Shown: piece by piece, positions 27,141-40,324 of the stretch
Layout: each line of letters starts with the position of its first letter
Position numbering within the stretch: position 1 is the stretch's first letter
From: the human T2T-CHM13v2.0 reference genome, Homo sapiens
DNA length: 64,000 bases
Strand: one strand, 5' to 3'
Assembly (NCBI RefSeq): GCF_009914755.1
Contig: NC_060927.1
The notes under the pieces: model-generated
What the model saw: the letters and a program-made list of their open reading frames with translations, nothing else
What the model was told of the DNA's origin: nothing
Databases searched by the model: none
Position numbers and translations under genes: made by a program

Positions 27141-27222
27141 ATGAATGAATTAATTATTATAGGAGTGAATAAAAAACCTGAAGCAGTAAAATTTTTGAGG
27201 TGTATAATTGAAAACAATTTCT

Positions 27223-27574
<352 letters not shown>

Positions 27575-27784
27575 AATTTAAAGCAATTTCTAAGGATTAA
27601 AAGGACCAGAGCAAACTCATTATTTAATAATATATTCAAAACTTAAATAAAAAATTTAGTGTTTTGGGGCATAGAGTTCTTAATACTATTCAGACTAGCA
27701 AAGGTTGATAACTGAAAGTTAAACAATCGCGGTTAGATTGTATGGGTGAAATGAGCAGGACAGAAAACCTTTGATTGGAAAAAA

Positions 27785-27915
27785 GTGTGTTCAGGCTTCT
27801 AGCATACTGCAGGACTTCTATTTCTTGACCTGGGTGGTGTTTATTTGATATTCTCTTTTCAGTAATTTAAGCTGTTGGCTTTATTCATTCTTCTGTGTAT
27901 GAATTATTTTTACGG
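27785..27915 (+). mobile_element. L1ME 3' UTR fragment
   Basis: ggcttct...ttctatttcttgacctgggtggtg...ttctgtgtatg. Confidence 0.6.
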
Positions 27916-28058
27916 CACAAACGAGAAAAGCCAACTCTGGCTGCCTCCACACCAAACCACCATCACAAACAGTGCCACACAATTCATGATAACTTTGGTT
28001 TCCCCCAGATTTACCTTATATTTTTAATAACTGTAAAGTGCACTTTTCCCTTAAACTG

Positions 28059-28343
28059 TTTTTTTTTTTAAGGTAGAGTCTCAATCTTGTCACCCAGGCT
28101 GTAGTGCAGTAGCGCGATCTCGGCTCACTGCAACCTCCCGGGTTCAAGAGATTCTCCTGCCTCAGCCTCCCGAGTAGCTGGGATTCCAGGCGCGTGCCAC
28201 CACGCTCGGCTAATTTTTGTACTTTTCGTAGAGACTGGGTTTCGCCATGTTGGCCAGGGGGCCTTGAACTCTTGACCTCATGATCCTCCCATCTCCGCCT
28301 CCCAAAGTGCTGGGGTTACAGGCGTGAGCCACTGCGCCCAGCC
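28059..28343 (-). mobile_element. AluS (Sg/Sc-like), full length
   Basis: Complete dimer with the gacctcatgatcc 2-bp-deletion form. Flanks ccctta... on both sides. Confidence 0.93.
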
Positions 28344-28524
28344 CCCTTACTCTTTTATAGGCTGTCTAGAGGTGATCTGGGAAGAGAGAGCCATCATCCT
28401 GTGCTAATTTGCCATCTTGGCAAGAAGCAGAATCCCTATCATATTTTTTTTTTGAATTGTCACTTGAATTAACATTCTTGATTACTTGATTGTCAGTTCT
28501 GAATGAGTTTTATCAGAAATCCTC

Positions 28525-28695
28525 TGATATATACATATGGGTATATATATTAGCTATATATTTATATATATTTATGTATTTTAAATATATAATTTAAAAT
28601 ATATATTATATAAGTATATGTAATTTAAAATATGTATATTATTATGTGTACATATTATAGTGTAGTGTAAATATACTACATATTTATATATGTAA
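28525..28695. repeat. TA-rich low-complexity tract
   Basis: Degenerate (TA)n. Confidence 0.85.
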
Positions 28696-28699
28696 TTGG

Positions 28700-29550
28700 T
28701 GTCATAGTATAAATTTTAATTTTATTCTATTTCTCATTTAATATGTCATGAACATTTTTCATATTGACTATTTAAATGTCTATAATTTGAATGACCAAAT
28801 AATATGAACATACATGCTATATTTTACCATTTTTGCATTTATTGGTAGATAATTTGATTGTCTCTAAATTTACATTGCTCGTAATTTCACATTAATGTAT
28901 TTTCACATCAAATTCTGATAATATTCTTAGAGTGAAATCTTAAATGTGGAATTAATTATTGGATTAAAATTCAATTAGGAGTTACTGGATTAAAGATAGA
29001 AATACTTTTGAAGTTTTTGATACTTAGCACTACATTTCTTTTCAGACAACTGTTAGTAATTTAAACCCTTAGCAACAGTATGTGAAAATAACTATTTCAG
29101 TATACATAACAGGTGCAATAATTTTTAAAACTTTGCCAATTTTGTGTTCTAAAAATTTCTATTGATTTGCATATTTTACTGCTGTCAAAGTTGACATTGT
29201 TTATACTTTGACTATTTGCTTTATTTCTTATGTAAGTTGTCTGTTTATCATTATTTGTACCCTTTTCATATGAAGATTATCATTTTTTATTGGTTGCTAG
29301 TAATCCCTTTTACTTATTTTTAAAAAATATTTTGTAGTAACTATTAAAACATATACACTTGTCTTACTTATTGTAAATCTTTTTTTTTAGTGTGTGTTTT
29401 ACATTTTAATATCTGCTTTTAGAAAATTTGGCTGGTAAACTGCAGATTTTTAAACCTATGTGGCATTGACCCTTTTTTATATTGTTCTTTTAGAAAAAAA
29501 AATTTTTATTTTGAGATTTTTAGGTATTCAACTAAGATTTCTTCTATATT
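28700..29550 (-). mobile_element. Very old L1ME-type 3'/ORF2 fragment
   Basis: atatgtcatgaacattttt...ggagttactggattaaag...tttttgatac...tttgccaatttt...ttgatttgcatatt. Confidence 0.6.
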
Positions 29551-29568
29551 TGGGGGAGAGCTTAAAAT

Positions 29569-29627
29569 TATATATATATACATACATGCATATATGTACA
29601 TACACACATGCACACACATATATACAC
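29569..29627 (+). repeat. Compound (TA)/(CA) simple repeat
   Basis: tatatatatatacatacatgcatatatgtacatacacacatgcacacacatatatacac. Confidence 0.85.
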
Positions 29628-30049
29628 ATCAGATTCAGAACAGGAATCTAACATTTTTTATTTATATGTCATGTATTTATTAAATATAATTGTTTTCATT
29701 TGTTTGAAATATGACATGTAGAAATTACATCTTAATTTTTATACAAAATAGGATATCTTTGAGGATTTTCTATTCTTTAGATATTTTTATACCCCTAAAC
29801 ATAAAAAATACTTGTCATCTTTAATACTGAATATATTTAGAAAGATATATATAAATAAGAAATCATTTAAAAGATTTAGAAGAAGAAATGAAAAAAAAAT
29901 TATTGTACCCAAAATTTTGGGCAAGATTATAAGTGTAATTCAGCAGAAAACTTAGATGTGAACATTAGGGCAGGAGGAAAAAATGTATGGTTTTATATAC
30001 TGGTAGTAAACATAAAATATAATATTAATTGAATTCACTATCTACAAGA

Positions 30050-30260
30050 TATTATAAAATGTATTGCATGTCTAGTCTCATTGAATTCCCCCTACCACCA
30101 AAAAACAACATAAATGTAAACGGGGTCTCCTTTTTACAAATGAAAAAGCAAGACTTAAAAGAACTACATGATTTCCCTAGTCAGAAAAAGTTTGGACTAG
30201 TCCTCAAACCCAAATCTATCTGACTCCAAAGCCATCATCTTATCTACTGTGCTATATACT
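30050..30260 (-). mobile_element. MIR SINE
   Basis: tctcattgaattcc...tttttacaaatgaaaaagcaagac...ctcaaacccaaatctatctgactccaaagcc. Confidence 0.8.
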
Positions 30261-30879
30261 ACTTTTGTCAGATTACAGAAAACATAAAAGTTTATCTGTT
30301 GAGACAAATACTTTCCTGTCCCTAAATTCTAGAGGAAATTTATGGTGTGGCTGTTGAGTAACAATAATGGATAATGTCTTCAACTCACATTTTACAGAAA
30401 ATAGAGTAACATATTTTAAATGGCCATTTCTTATATCAGCCTTTGATAGCAACCCAGTTCATAACACTGAATCATAACTTAGTGCAGGCATTTCTATAGA
30501 CATCTAGGCTGAGATAGCTCAGATATGTTGCTATCTCTGGTAAACCTGGTTAAGGAATGTATTTGTCTTATACCCACCCTGGGTGGGGTGGGGCATAGAG
30601 ATTCAGAAGTCAGGGCTTAATTATGAAGAAATATCAGGCAAATGTCAGATTCTATAACAGAGGAAAGTAAGTCATGCAGAAAAGTCAATGTCAGTTAGCA
30701 GTTACCTGTTCTTAAAATAACTAACATAGTTTCTTAAAGGAAGGGCAGAGTTGAGAACTGAAGATGAGTTGATAATTTGTTTTTTGCATCTTAAACTTTT
30801 AAGAGTCATATAGAGTTAAACTCAAGGAAAAATCAAAAAATGGCAGAAGGACACGAAGAGCTTCAGAAGCCTGCATGAT

Positions 30880-30975
30880 TTGCCACTTTATCCCAGCGTT
30901 TAGTTAAATGCTGAGCATACAGCATGTGTTAGATAAATACTTTTGTGTTAAATAAATGAACAATCGAATGAAAGA
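30880..30975 (+). mobile_element. L2 3' end
   Basis: tatcccagcg...ataaatacttttgtgttaaataaatgaa...gaatgaa tail. Confidence 0.6.
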
Positions 30976-31037
30976 ATAAGTGTATTGTTTTCTAAAAACA
31001 TAATTTTATTGGTGCATTTTATAAAAGAGCTGTATGT

Positions 31038-31071
31038 AGAGTGAGACTCTGTTTCAAAAAAAAAAAAAAAA
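31038..31071 (+). mobile_element. Extremely 5'-truncated Alu (last 18 nt + poly-A) with 15-bp TSD
   Basis: AGAGTGAGACTCTGTTTC followed by an A run. Flanked by AAAAGAGCTGTATGT (31023-31037) and AAAAGAGCTGTGTGT (31068-31082). Confidence 0.85.
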
Positions 31072-31393
31072 GAGCTGTGTGTGTTTCTTCATGGTTACTT
31101 TTAGGACCACATAAAACATTTTTAAAGATTTAATTTTGTACTTTTCCTGGCCTCATGAGAAAAAAAAAAAGATTTGATTTTGGCTTAAGTTTTGTTAATT
31201 ACTTTTGTTGACAAGAGTTTTTCCATCAATTAATAATGGTAACAATTATATTCAGGCACTATATAAATATATATTATTTTATTTTATTTTTATATATTAT
31301 ATATCTATATATGTATAAAATACATAGAATAATTTTATATATTAATTTCTATATTAGATTACATACATATACACTATATATGTGTGTGTATAT

Positions 31394-31469
31394 AGAATAA
31401 TTTAGTGCATATATGGTATATATGCACAGGTAGACATATATATACTATATATGTGCACTAAATTATTCT
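31394..31469. repeat. Inverted repeat (hairpin/cruciform) in a TA-rich tract
   Basis: AGAATAATTTAGTGCA (31394-31409) is the exact reverse complement of TGCACTAAATTATTCT (31454-31469). Pairing extends inward imperfectly. Confidence 0.9.
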
Positions 31470-31489
31470 TTGTACATCATTTAAACAAA

Positions 31490-31660
31490 TATTTATCAAA
31501 ATTATTATACATTAGATGTTATTATTTTTTCTTTCTGCAGAAAAGAAAACAAAAGGCTCAGAGAGGTTAAGTATCTCTAAGTCTAAGGTTGCACAGCTGG
31601 TAAGTAGAGTAGCTAGGATTTTTGTCCTGTCTATATCTTCTCAAACCCATATGCTTTATA
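31490..31660 (-). mobile_element. MIR SINE
   Basis: aggctcagagaggttaagt...aaggttgcacagctggtaagtagagtagctaggatt. Confidence 0.85.
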
Positions 31661-32249
31661 ATTCTGTAAACCAAATATAGAGCTGCATTTTCTTCATTTT
31701 ACCTCTTTGAGAAATGCTCATTATAAAAGTTTCAAATAATCCTAAAGCTTAAAGTGAAAATTGCTTTCATTTAGGATATATTTACATATGAGAGCAAAAG
31801 AGATACTAAGGCCAAGGGGAGAGAGTGAGAGATTTACTTTTGTTCTTTCTCTTCTTTGCTTGGGTAGCAATTGACTAGCACAACTCAGAGACTATGTGAA
31901 CCAAACTTATTTTTTTTAGGAGTAAGTCACACAGCCCAGCAGAAAGATATTGCTGTATATATATTTGATCTCTGATCTCAAATGAACAGCTAACTCTACT
32001 TAGCATTCTGTGTTTCTCTTTCATGCTCACTACTCTATTCTCAGATATTCTGTGTGTTATTTTTTACTTTTCTAATTATTTCAGTCTCTGCCGAGGTACC
32101 AAGCCATCAGTGCACCAAGATAAGCTCATATTTTATAGAGAGTATAAAAGTACTTAGATGGGAACACTCTCCTATTCCCACCACTAAATCTACCAACTAA
32201 CCTGTTTCTGCTGACATACTAGTGTTGTTGGGATTCCACAGAGAAGAGC

Positions 32250-32362
32250 ATGACATTATGACTTCTGATTTTAAAATTGATGAAAACATTTTCATGGGCC
32301 CTGAAAGCATCTGGAGGCCCCTAAAACTGTTCCTACTGAGCCTAATGGGTAAGTAGACTCTG
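32250..32362 (+). mobile_element. MER45-like (hAT-Tip100) fragment
   Basis: aaaacattttcatgggccctgaaag...ggcccctaaaactgttcctactgagcctaatgggtaagtagactctg terminus. Confidence 0.7.
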
Positions 32363-32369
32363 AGGAAGA

Positions 32370-32625
32370 GCCTTTCTTACTGTCAAATACTAACCTTCTC
32401 TGCACCCTGGATTGCATTTCCTCTCACCTGCTCAAGGAATTTTACTTTGGTTCTCTCTCCTCATTACATTGACTCCTTTTTTTGTACTAGATTTTTACCC
32501 CCAGTATGAAAACAAGCTTCAGTGTCTTTTCATTTTAAAACAAAAAAGAAGAAACAACGCATTTATTTATAATCTTCTGCCTCCTGCCCACCACTGTCTC
32601 CGCTCCCATCTAGAGATAAGCTCTT
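32370..32625 (+). mobile_element. L2 fragment
   Basis: ccctggattgcatttcctctcacctgctcaaggaa...cagtatgaaaacaagct...cattttaaaacaaa. Confidence 0.65.
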
Positions 32626-33022
32626 CTCATTCTGTTTTTGAGATTGGTAATTTTTATTAATAATATTTTTCTGTATTAATTTTTAATAATATATTATTCT
32701 TTTGATTGTTATCCAAGAGAGTTGCACTGCCTGTGGCCTCTGCTATAAAGTTGAATATGAAAGGCAATAGCAGACATCCTTGCATTTTTCACAATCTTAA
32801 GGAGAAAACGTTCAATTTTCACCATTACAAATGATGTTAGCTGTAGGATTATTGGTGGATACCCTTTAACCAAGTCTGGGAAGCTCCTTCTATTCCTAGT
32901 TTGCTGAGAGTGTTTATCAAAAATTTATGTTGAATTTTGTCAAATACTTGTTCCATATTTGAGGTGATCATATGATATCTTTTTCTTCAATTGTTGATAG
33001 GTGCATTGCATTGATTGTTTTT

Positions 33023-35480
33023 TTCCCCCAATTTTTTTATCGTGGTACCATATGCACAAGATGAAATTGACTAACCATTTTAAGTGTACTATTCAGTGGA
33101 ATTAAGTACATTCACATTGTTGTACAATGATTACCACCATCCATCTGCGAACCTCTTTTCGTCTTGCAAAATTGAAATTCTAATCTATTGGACAATAACT
33201 CCCTCCCTTCTCCCCTAATCCTGCCTTGCCTCAGACCCTGGCAACCACCATTCAACTTTGTCTCTGCAATTTTGACTGCTCTAAATACCCCATATGAGAG
33301 GAATCATATAGTATTTTTTCTTTTGTTACTGTCTTATTTCGCTTAACCTAATGTCCTCCAAGTTTATCCACGTTGTAGCATTATGTCAGAATTTCTTTAC
33401 TTTTTAAGGCCGAATAATATTTATCTATATATCATATTTTGCTTCTTCGTTCTTCCATTAGTGGACAGTCAGATTACATCCACATTTTAGTTCTGTGAAT
33501 AATGCTTCTATAGTCATGGTCATACAAATGTCTCAAGACCCTGCTGTTAATTCTTTCAGGTTCCACCCACAGGTGGAATTGTTGGATCATATGGTAATTG
33601 TATTTAATTTCTTTATTTTCTTAAAAAAATGTTTGTGGTTACATAGTAGGTGTATGTATTTATGCGGTATATTAGATGCTTTGATACAGGCATGTAATAA
33701 GCAATAATCACATTATGGAAAATGGGGTATTCATCCCCTCAATCATATATCCATATCCTTTGTGCTATTACACTCTTTAAGTTATTTTAAAATGTGCAAT
33801 TAAATTACTATTGACTATAGTCACCCTGTTGTGCTATCAAATACTAGGTCTTATTCATTTTATGTTAAAGTTTTTCAGGAACAGCCATACTATTTTTCAC
33901 AGTGGCTGTTCCATTTTACATTTCCACCAATGGTGCAGAAGGGATCCAGTTTCTCTGCATCATAGCCAACACTTGTTTTCTTTTTTACTGTTCTTGTTGT
34001 CATTTTGTTTTTCTAATACTAGCCATCCAAATGGGTGTGAGGGGCTATCATTATAGTTTTGATTTGTGTTTCCCTAGTAATTAGTGATGTTGAGCATTTG
34101 TATATACTTTTTGGCCAGTTGTATATCTTATTTGGAGAAATGTCCATTCAAGTCCTTTGCACATATTTAATCAAGTTGTTTGGTTTCAGTTGTTGAATTT
34201 TAGGAGTTCTATGTATTCTAGATAATAATAGCTTGTCATATATATGATTTCCAAATATTTTCCCCAATTCTGTGGTTTGATTTTTTACTCTGTTCATACT
34301 GTCTTTTGATGCGCACAATTTTTTAATTTTCCTGAAGACTAATTTGTCTTTTTAGTTGTTGTTGCCTGTGCTTTGATGTCATATCCAAGAAATCACTCCC
34401 AAATTCAATGTTGTGAAGCTTTTGCCCTATATTTCCTTCCAATAATTTTATAGTTTTAGGTCATGCACTTAGGTCACAGATTTATTTTGAGTTAGTTTTT
34501 TATATGGTGTTAGATAAGGGTCTAATTTCACTTGTTGATGTGGACATCCAGTTTACCCAGCATCAATTGTTGAACAGACTGTCTTTTCCCCCATTGGATG
34601 GTTTTGGTATTTTTGTCAAAAATAATCTGATCATATGTGTGAAGGTTTATGTCTGGATTCTCTGTGCTACTCCACTGTTCTATATGTCTGTCTTTATGCC
34701 AGAACCAGGGTTTTTATTACTGTAATTTTGTAGCAAGTTTTTAAATCAGTAAATGTGATGCCTCCAGTTTTGTTCTTCTTTCTCAGAACTGTTTTGATTA
34801 TTGAGTCCCTTGAGATTCCATCTGAATTTTAGGATGGGTTTTTCTATTTGTGAAAAAATATGTCATTGGGATTTTGGTAGGGATTGCATTAACTCTATAC
34901 ATTGCTTTAGGTAGTATTTACATCTTAACAATTTCAAGTTTTCCAATACTTGAATACTGGGTGTTTTTCTGCTTATTTATGTTTTCTTTAATTTCCTTCA
35001 GCAACTTTTTGTTTGTTTGTTTGTTTACAATATACAAGCCCTTTAGCTCCTTGGTTAATTCTTAACTATTTTATTCTCTTTGATGCTATTATATATATAG
35101 TTGTTTTCTTAATTTTCTTTCTGAATTGTTCATTAATATTTTATAGAAATGCAACCAATTTTTGTGTGTTGACTTTGTATTCTGCTACCTTGTCAACTTT
35201 GTTTATTAGTTCTAACAGATGTTTGTGTGTGAAATATTTAGGGTTTTCCACATAAAAGGTCATATCATCTGCAAAGAGAGATAATTTTACTTCTTTTCCA
35301 ATTTGGATACCTGTTATTCCTTTTTCTCGCCTAACTACTCTGGCTAGGTCTTCTAGTACTATGTTGAATAAAAGTGGTAAAAACAGGTATCCTTTACTTG
35401 TTTCTGATCTTAGAGGAACAGCTTTCAGTCTTTCTCCAGGGAGCATGGTTTTCACTGTGGTTTTTCATATACGAATGTTA
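33023..35480 (-). mobile_element. L1MB (L1MB2/3-like), 3' ~2.2 kb
   Basis: 3' UTR taaccattttaagtgtac...taagtacattcacattgttgtacaa, plus RT motif [16 protein letters not shown] in ORF 35141..35455. Confidence 0.9.
33610..33861 (-). mobile_element. L1MA (L1MA1/2-like) short 3' end nested in L1MB
   Basis: gtggttacatagtaggtgtatgtatttatg...ttgatacaggcatgtaat...ttgactatagtcaccctgttgtgctatcaaatactaggtcttattcatt. Confidence 0.88.
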
Positions 35481-35499
35481 TGCATTGACTGATTTTTAA

Positions 35500-35616
35500 A
35501 CTTTTTTTCAGAGTCAGGGTCTTGCTATGTTGCCCAGGCTGGATTCCTGGGCTCAATTGATCCTCCCATTTCAGCCTCCCAAGTAGCTGAGGCTATAGGC
35601 ACTATTGTGCCTGGCT
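35500..35616 (-). mobile_element. FLAM (Alu monomer) with TSD
   Basis: gggtcttgctatgttgcccaggctgg...cctgggctcaa...cagcctcccaagtagctg. TSD CATT(G/A)ACTGATTTT at 35483-35496 and 35618-35631. Confidence 0.88.
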
Positions 35617-37295
35617 ACATTAACTGATTTTGTATGTTGAACCATCTTTGTATCTAAGGAATAAACTCCAATTGGTCATAATGTGTTATCCTTTATGTAT
35701 GTATTTATATTTACATATAGCTGGATTGCATCTGGTGGCATATCGTCGAGACTTATTGTGTCTTTTTTCACATCAAGGTAATTCTGCTGTTAAGAAAAAA
35801 AATTGGAAAATATTCTTTCTTATTTTATATTCTGGAAAATCTTGATATTATTGATGTTATTTCTTCTTTAAATACTTGGTAGAAAGCCATCTAGGCCTGG
35901 AGTTTTGTTTGTTGGAAAGTTTTCCAATAGCAAATTAGATTTCTTTAATAGCTATAGAGCTATTCTAGTTATCTCTTTGTTTTGGCTGAGTTTTCACCGT
36001 TTGAGCTTTGTAAGGAATCTGTTCATTTGTTAATCCCACTTGTTCAATTTATGGACATATAATTATTCTTAGTATTCCTTTACTATCTTTCTGGTGCTTG
36101 TAATGTTTGTCCTGATGTTACTTCTTTAATTTCTGATATTTCTAATTTGAGTCTTTTCTCTTTTCCTGGTTAGTGAACTTGAAGTTGGTCAGTCGGGCTA
36201 AAGATTGTTAATTTAGCTAATCTTTACAAAAGAACCAACTTTTGGTGTTATTGATTTTTCTGTATTGTTTTCTGTTCTCAATTTCATAGATTTCTACTAA
36301 TATGTTTATTATCTTCTTCCTTCTACTTTATTTAGACTTAATTTGCTGCTCTTTCTAATTTCATATGATGGAAACTTTGATATTGTTATTGTAATTTTAA
36401 ATTTTCTGATTTATATCTGAATTTGGTTCTGTTAATAATTTTGTCTTTACAGTGTGCTTTTTTCCTTTTGTGTGTATGTGTATGTATCATGTAATTTTTG
36501 CTTGAAAGCCTGTTGTCTTTAGTAAAACTGTAGAAACTAAGATAAATAGTATATATTACAGTATATAAGTATATATATAGTATACTAATATATGGTATTA
36601 TATATTATCATCCATATTATTATAAAATAATAAATCATTTATTTTATGCCTAGAAATAGACATGCCTTTATTTACTTATTTTATTTATTTATTTATTGCT
36701 ATGCTTCTAGTGTGAGAGGTTGAATCAATATAGTTATAGCTTAAACTAAGTTTGGATTTTCCTATTGCTGTGGTTATTGTCAGTGCACCACAGTCTCAGT
36801 TCTAGAATTACCTTGTGCTTCATGTGACGAATGCTTTGTCAGCTGACTTTCCTCAATTTATGATTCTATCTTCAACTTAAAGTTTTTTCTTTCTACCTGC
36901 ACTCAGAGAGTCTTAATGCACTTGCCTCTCTCTCTCCCAGCAGTAGACTGCTTTTATTTATTTACTCTACACTTGTTAGCCTAGTGACAGGGGTAGGGGT
37001 TGTCTTCTATTGTTCTAGTTCAGCCTTAGTATTGGGCAGATGATCTGTCCCTGGATTAAGGGTCTTCTCAGTGATCTTGCCCCTTTCTCAGTGGCAGAGG
37101 CTCTCTAAATATCTGGTCCAGGGTGCTTTCTTGCTTCTTTTTTTGGGATAGAGGGATATTTATTCTATTCCTTTCAACCAATTGTAAAGAATCTTCCCCT
37201 ATTGCTTGGGAGTGACAAAGTATCTGCTCCCCTCTCAGGGTCTTAAAGCTTTTGCACCACAGGAGAGATGGGAGAAAAGAACCTGGGTGGATCTT

Positions 37296-37632
37296 TGTCT
37301 TAATCAGTTTAAGCTGCTATAACAGAATACTATAGATTGGGTGGCTTAAGCAACAAGCATTTATTTCTCACAGTTCTTGAGGCTGGGAAGTCCAAGATCA
37401 AAGTACCAGCAGGTCTGGTGTTTGGTAGGGGCATTCTTCCTGGTTTGCAGGTGTCTATCTTGTATGCTCTCACAGTGAAGAGAGAGGAAGCAAGGCCTTT
37501 AAATTCTCTTTCTTTAAGGGCACTAATCTTATCATCAAGTCTCTGTTATAATGACCTAATTGCCTCCCAAAGGCTCCACCTCTTAATAACATCATATGGG
37601 AAGGTGGAGGCACAAACATGCAGTCCATAACA
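37296..37632 (-). mobile_element. MaLR solo LTR, MLT1A/MLT1A0
   Basis: tgtcttaatcagtttaagctgctataacagaatac...ggctgggaagtccaagatcaa...cccaaaggctccacctcttaa...cacaaacatgcagtccataaca, with TG...CA termini. Confidence 0.92.
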
Positions 37633-39189
37633 GCCTTTTTTGCCATTTCTGTAGTGGCTGATGTTTCCCTTCCCAAAACTGGCACCATGACGGATGGATG
37701 CATTCTCAGGTTTCTCACCATATTCTCAGTCTTCTTATGAATGCCCAGGAAGAGTCTGATGAAAACTTGCAAGTGGGCACAAATGTCTTTTGTGTATGTG
37801 GTTCCCAGTGGTGATAAGCTCTTAAACTAGCCCACATTTAGATTTGGGCCATTTATTTAAAATTTTAGCTGAATGTCTTCTCCCTGGCTTGTATAGAATC
37901 TGATACCTATCCCAGGTAAGCAAGTACTTGCATTCTTTCTTTTCTCTTTCATTGAGGTAACACATAGATTGAGGTCATAGATTCAGTTGGGCATCCCAGT
38001 TGTAAAATCCATGCCTTTTATATTCTAAAGGCTTGTCTCTTTTTCCTCATACAACTGAATCAAGGTTCTGAATTATCAGAATCAGCCACAAATTCAGTGA
38101 CAACTCACAGCATTGGCTTTCTGAACCTTCTTTGCTTTTAGCCATTGGCGATTTCCTTTTTTCTTTTTTTCAGCTGAAACAATTATTTAAAGAACATTCA
38201 CTTTTTTGCACCCAGGACTTTTAGATATTTTATGTTAAGCAACATTTATTTTGTTTATTCATTAATTCATTTATCTTTAATCTTCTATATTGCCCAAATG
38301 TCGGGGGCTTCAAGTATTGCCCATGCTGCCATTTGCAGTTCTCCTGAGATAAAATCTTATTTTTAATTTTAACATTTATTTATTCTTAAATTTTAGACTT
38401 GCCTCCATAAATACTATTTATATTTATACTAGACATATGTGTGTGATATTTGTATAAAATATATTAATCTACTGTATATATAAACAATCAAATGTAATCT
38501 CTTTTAAAAGATGAATTAACTCATTTTACATTTATTATTATTTCTGAGGAATTTATTTGAAGCAATTTAACTTGTACTTTCTACTCATAATGTTTCCCCA
38601 TTTGCTTTCTCTTTGATTTATTTAATTGCTATTATTTCCCTCCTCGTCTTAATTGTTTGAAAGTGTTATGTTATAATCCTATTTTATTAGTGTTTGCCTT
38701 TGCATTTTTAGCATGCATATGTGTCTTAATATTCTCTGAAAATAAACAATATATCTACCCTACACTAAAACAATGTAGGAATGTTTGAATGTCTTATTTT
38801 TACCCACTCATGTTCCATTTAATATGCATTGTTGTCTACTATTTAACTCCACTCACTTTACTTTTTCAACCTCTTTAAAATGTCATTATAACTGTTTTAT
38901 TATCGTTACATTTCACATTTATTTAGCTTTGCCCAAAAGCTCGCTCACCATAGCTTTTGACATGTTGTAAAGCATAGAGAGGATTTATTAATAATAAACT
39001 CTCATTTTCAGCTTTTATATAAAACTGTTCTTATTTTCCTCTTAATATTGAGTTATAGTTTTACAGATATAGAATTCTAAGTTTATAGTTATTTTCTCTC
39101 AACTCTTAAAGATATGATTCCACTCTCTTTTGGATTCTATTATTGGTAGAGAAGGTCTACGGTAATTCTAATGTAGATGATTTCTCTTT

Positions 39190-40020
39190 TCTCTTTTGGA
39201 TTCTGTAACCTCACACTCTCCTTATTTCCTTCCTATCTCTGTTTATACCCTGCTGTAGTCACTTGTAGCTGATCTTTAAGTATTAGAGTTATTCAAGGAT
39301 ATAACCTGATTGTAGTCTTTCCTTAAGAAATATTACCATTCCCAAGTTTTTAAATATTACTATAACTCACAAATTGATATTTTATTCCACTCTTACTTTT
39401 ACATCGCCACTTGAATGCATGCAGGCACTTCAGTCTTACTTAACATGCCAAATACAGAACTCTTGAGCTTCTTCTCTAAAACTATCACTCTAACAATTCT
39501 CTTTACTGCAGCAAATGACACATCTACCATTCAGTTGCCTGTGTCATAAATTTTAGAGTTATTCTCAGTTTGCCCTGACCTTCCTCATCTTTCCCATCAC
39601 CACATTCGGTTAAATATACATTCACATTTATTCAAACTCTTTTTTTTATATCTTTCACCAAAGTAGTGCAGGTCTCTATCTTCTCTTGCCTTGACCACTG
39701 AAAGATCTCTTTCATTGGTTTTCTTGATTTCATTCCTGCTTCCTCTGCAATAATCTTCTAATCAACAGTGATATTCAAATTTTAAAAGCATAAAATATCA
39801 CTTCTCTGCATGAAATTCCTCACTGAATTCCTTTATTTAAAAGAAAATGCAAAATCCTTTATGTGAACTATAGGTTCTAAGAAAATCAGCTCTCTAACCA
39901 CTTCCAGGTAAGTGTTTACTCTGCCAGGAAAACACTCCTATTTCTACCTGGCCAACTCTTAATCAATTTTTAGGATTCAGCTTTAATGTCGCTTTCTTAA
40001 ACAGACCTCTCCATTTGTTC
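39190..40020 (+). mobile_element. L2 fragment
   Basis: cacactctccttatttccttcctatctct...aactcacaaatt...caggcacttca...aacatgccaaatacagaactcttga...gcaaatgacacatctaccattcagttgc. Confidence 0.8.
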
Positions 40021-40324
40021 CAAAAAACTATTACACTGCTGCAAAAGGAAGAAGAGATGATCAATCTTGGTAATCCAGATTTTGACTATATCAGTATTCA
40101 TTGTGTCTTAGGATAACATCAAAGCTAGAGGTTAACATAACAATGATATTAAATAATAATAATAATGCTAATACAAACTAACATTTACTGCCAGGCATTG
40201 TTCAATTTATCAAAAAATATTGAGAGTCTCACTATAGCCCAAAAACTGTTTTAAGACCTAGCGATAAAGCAGTAAACTAAACAGACAAAGTCTCTGTCCT
40301 CATGGAGTACATAGTCTAATGGAT

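Larger units (their letters stand above)
32690..38280 (-). mobile_element. Old L1M host element (ORF2 to 5' region), fragmented by L1MB, L1MA, FLAM and MLT1A insertions
   Basis: ORF2 antisense gttgaatatgaaagg...cagacatccttgc...ccttctattcctagtttgctgagagtgttt (32.7-33.0 kb) continues colinearly at 35.63 kb (tgtatgttgaaccatc...gccatctaggcctggagttt). The 5' boundary is approximate. Confidence 0.75.
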
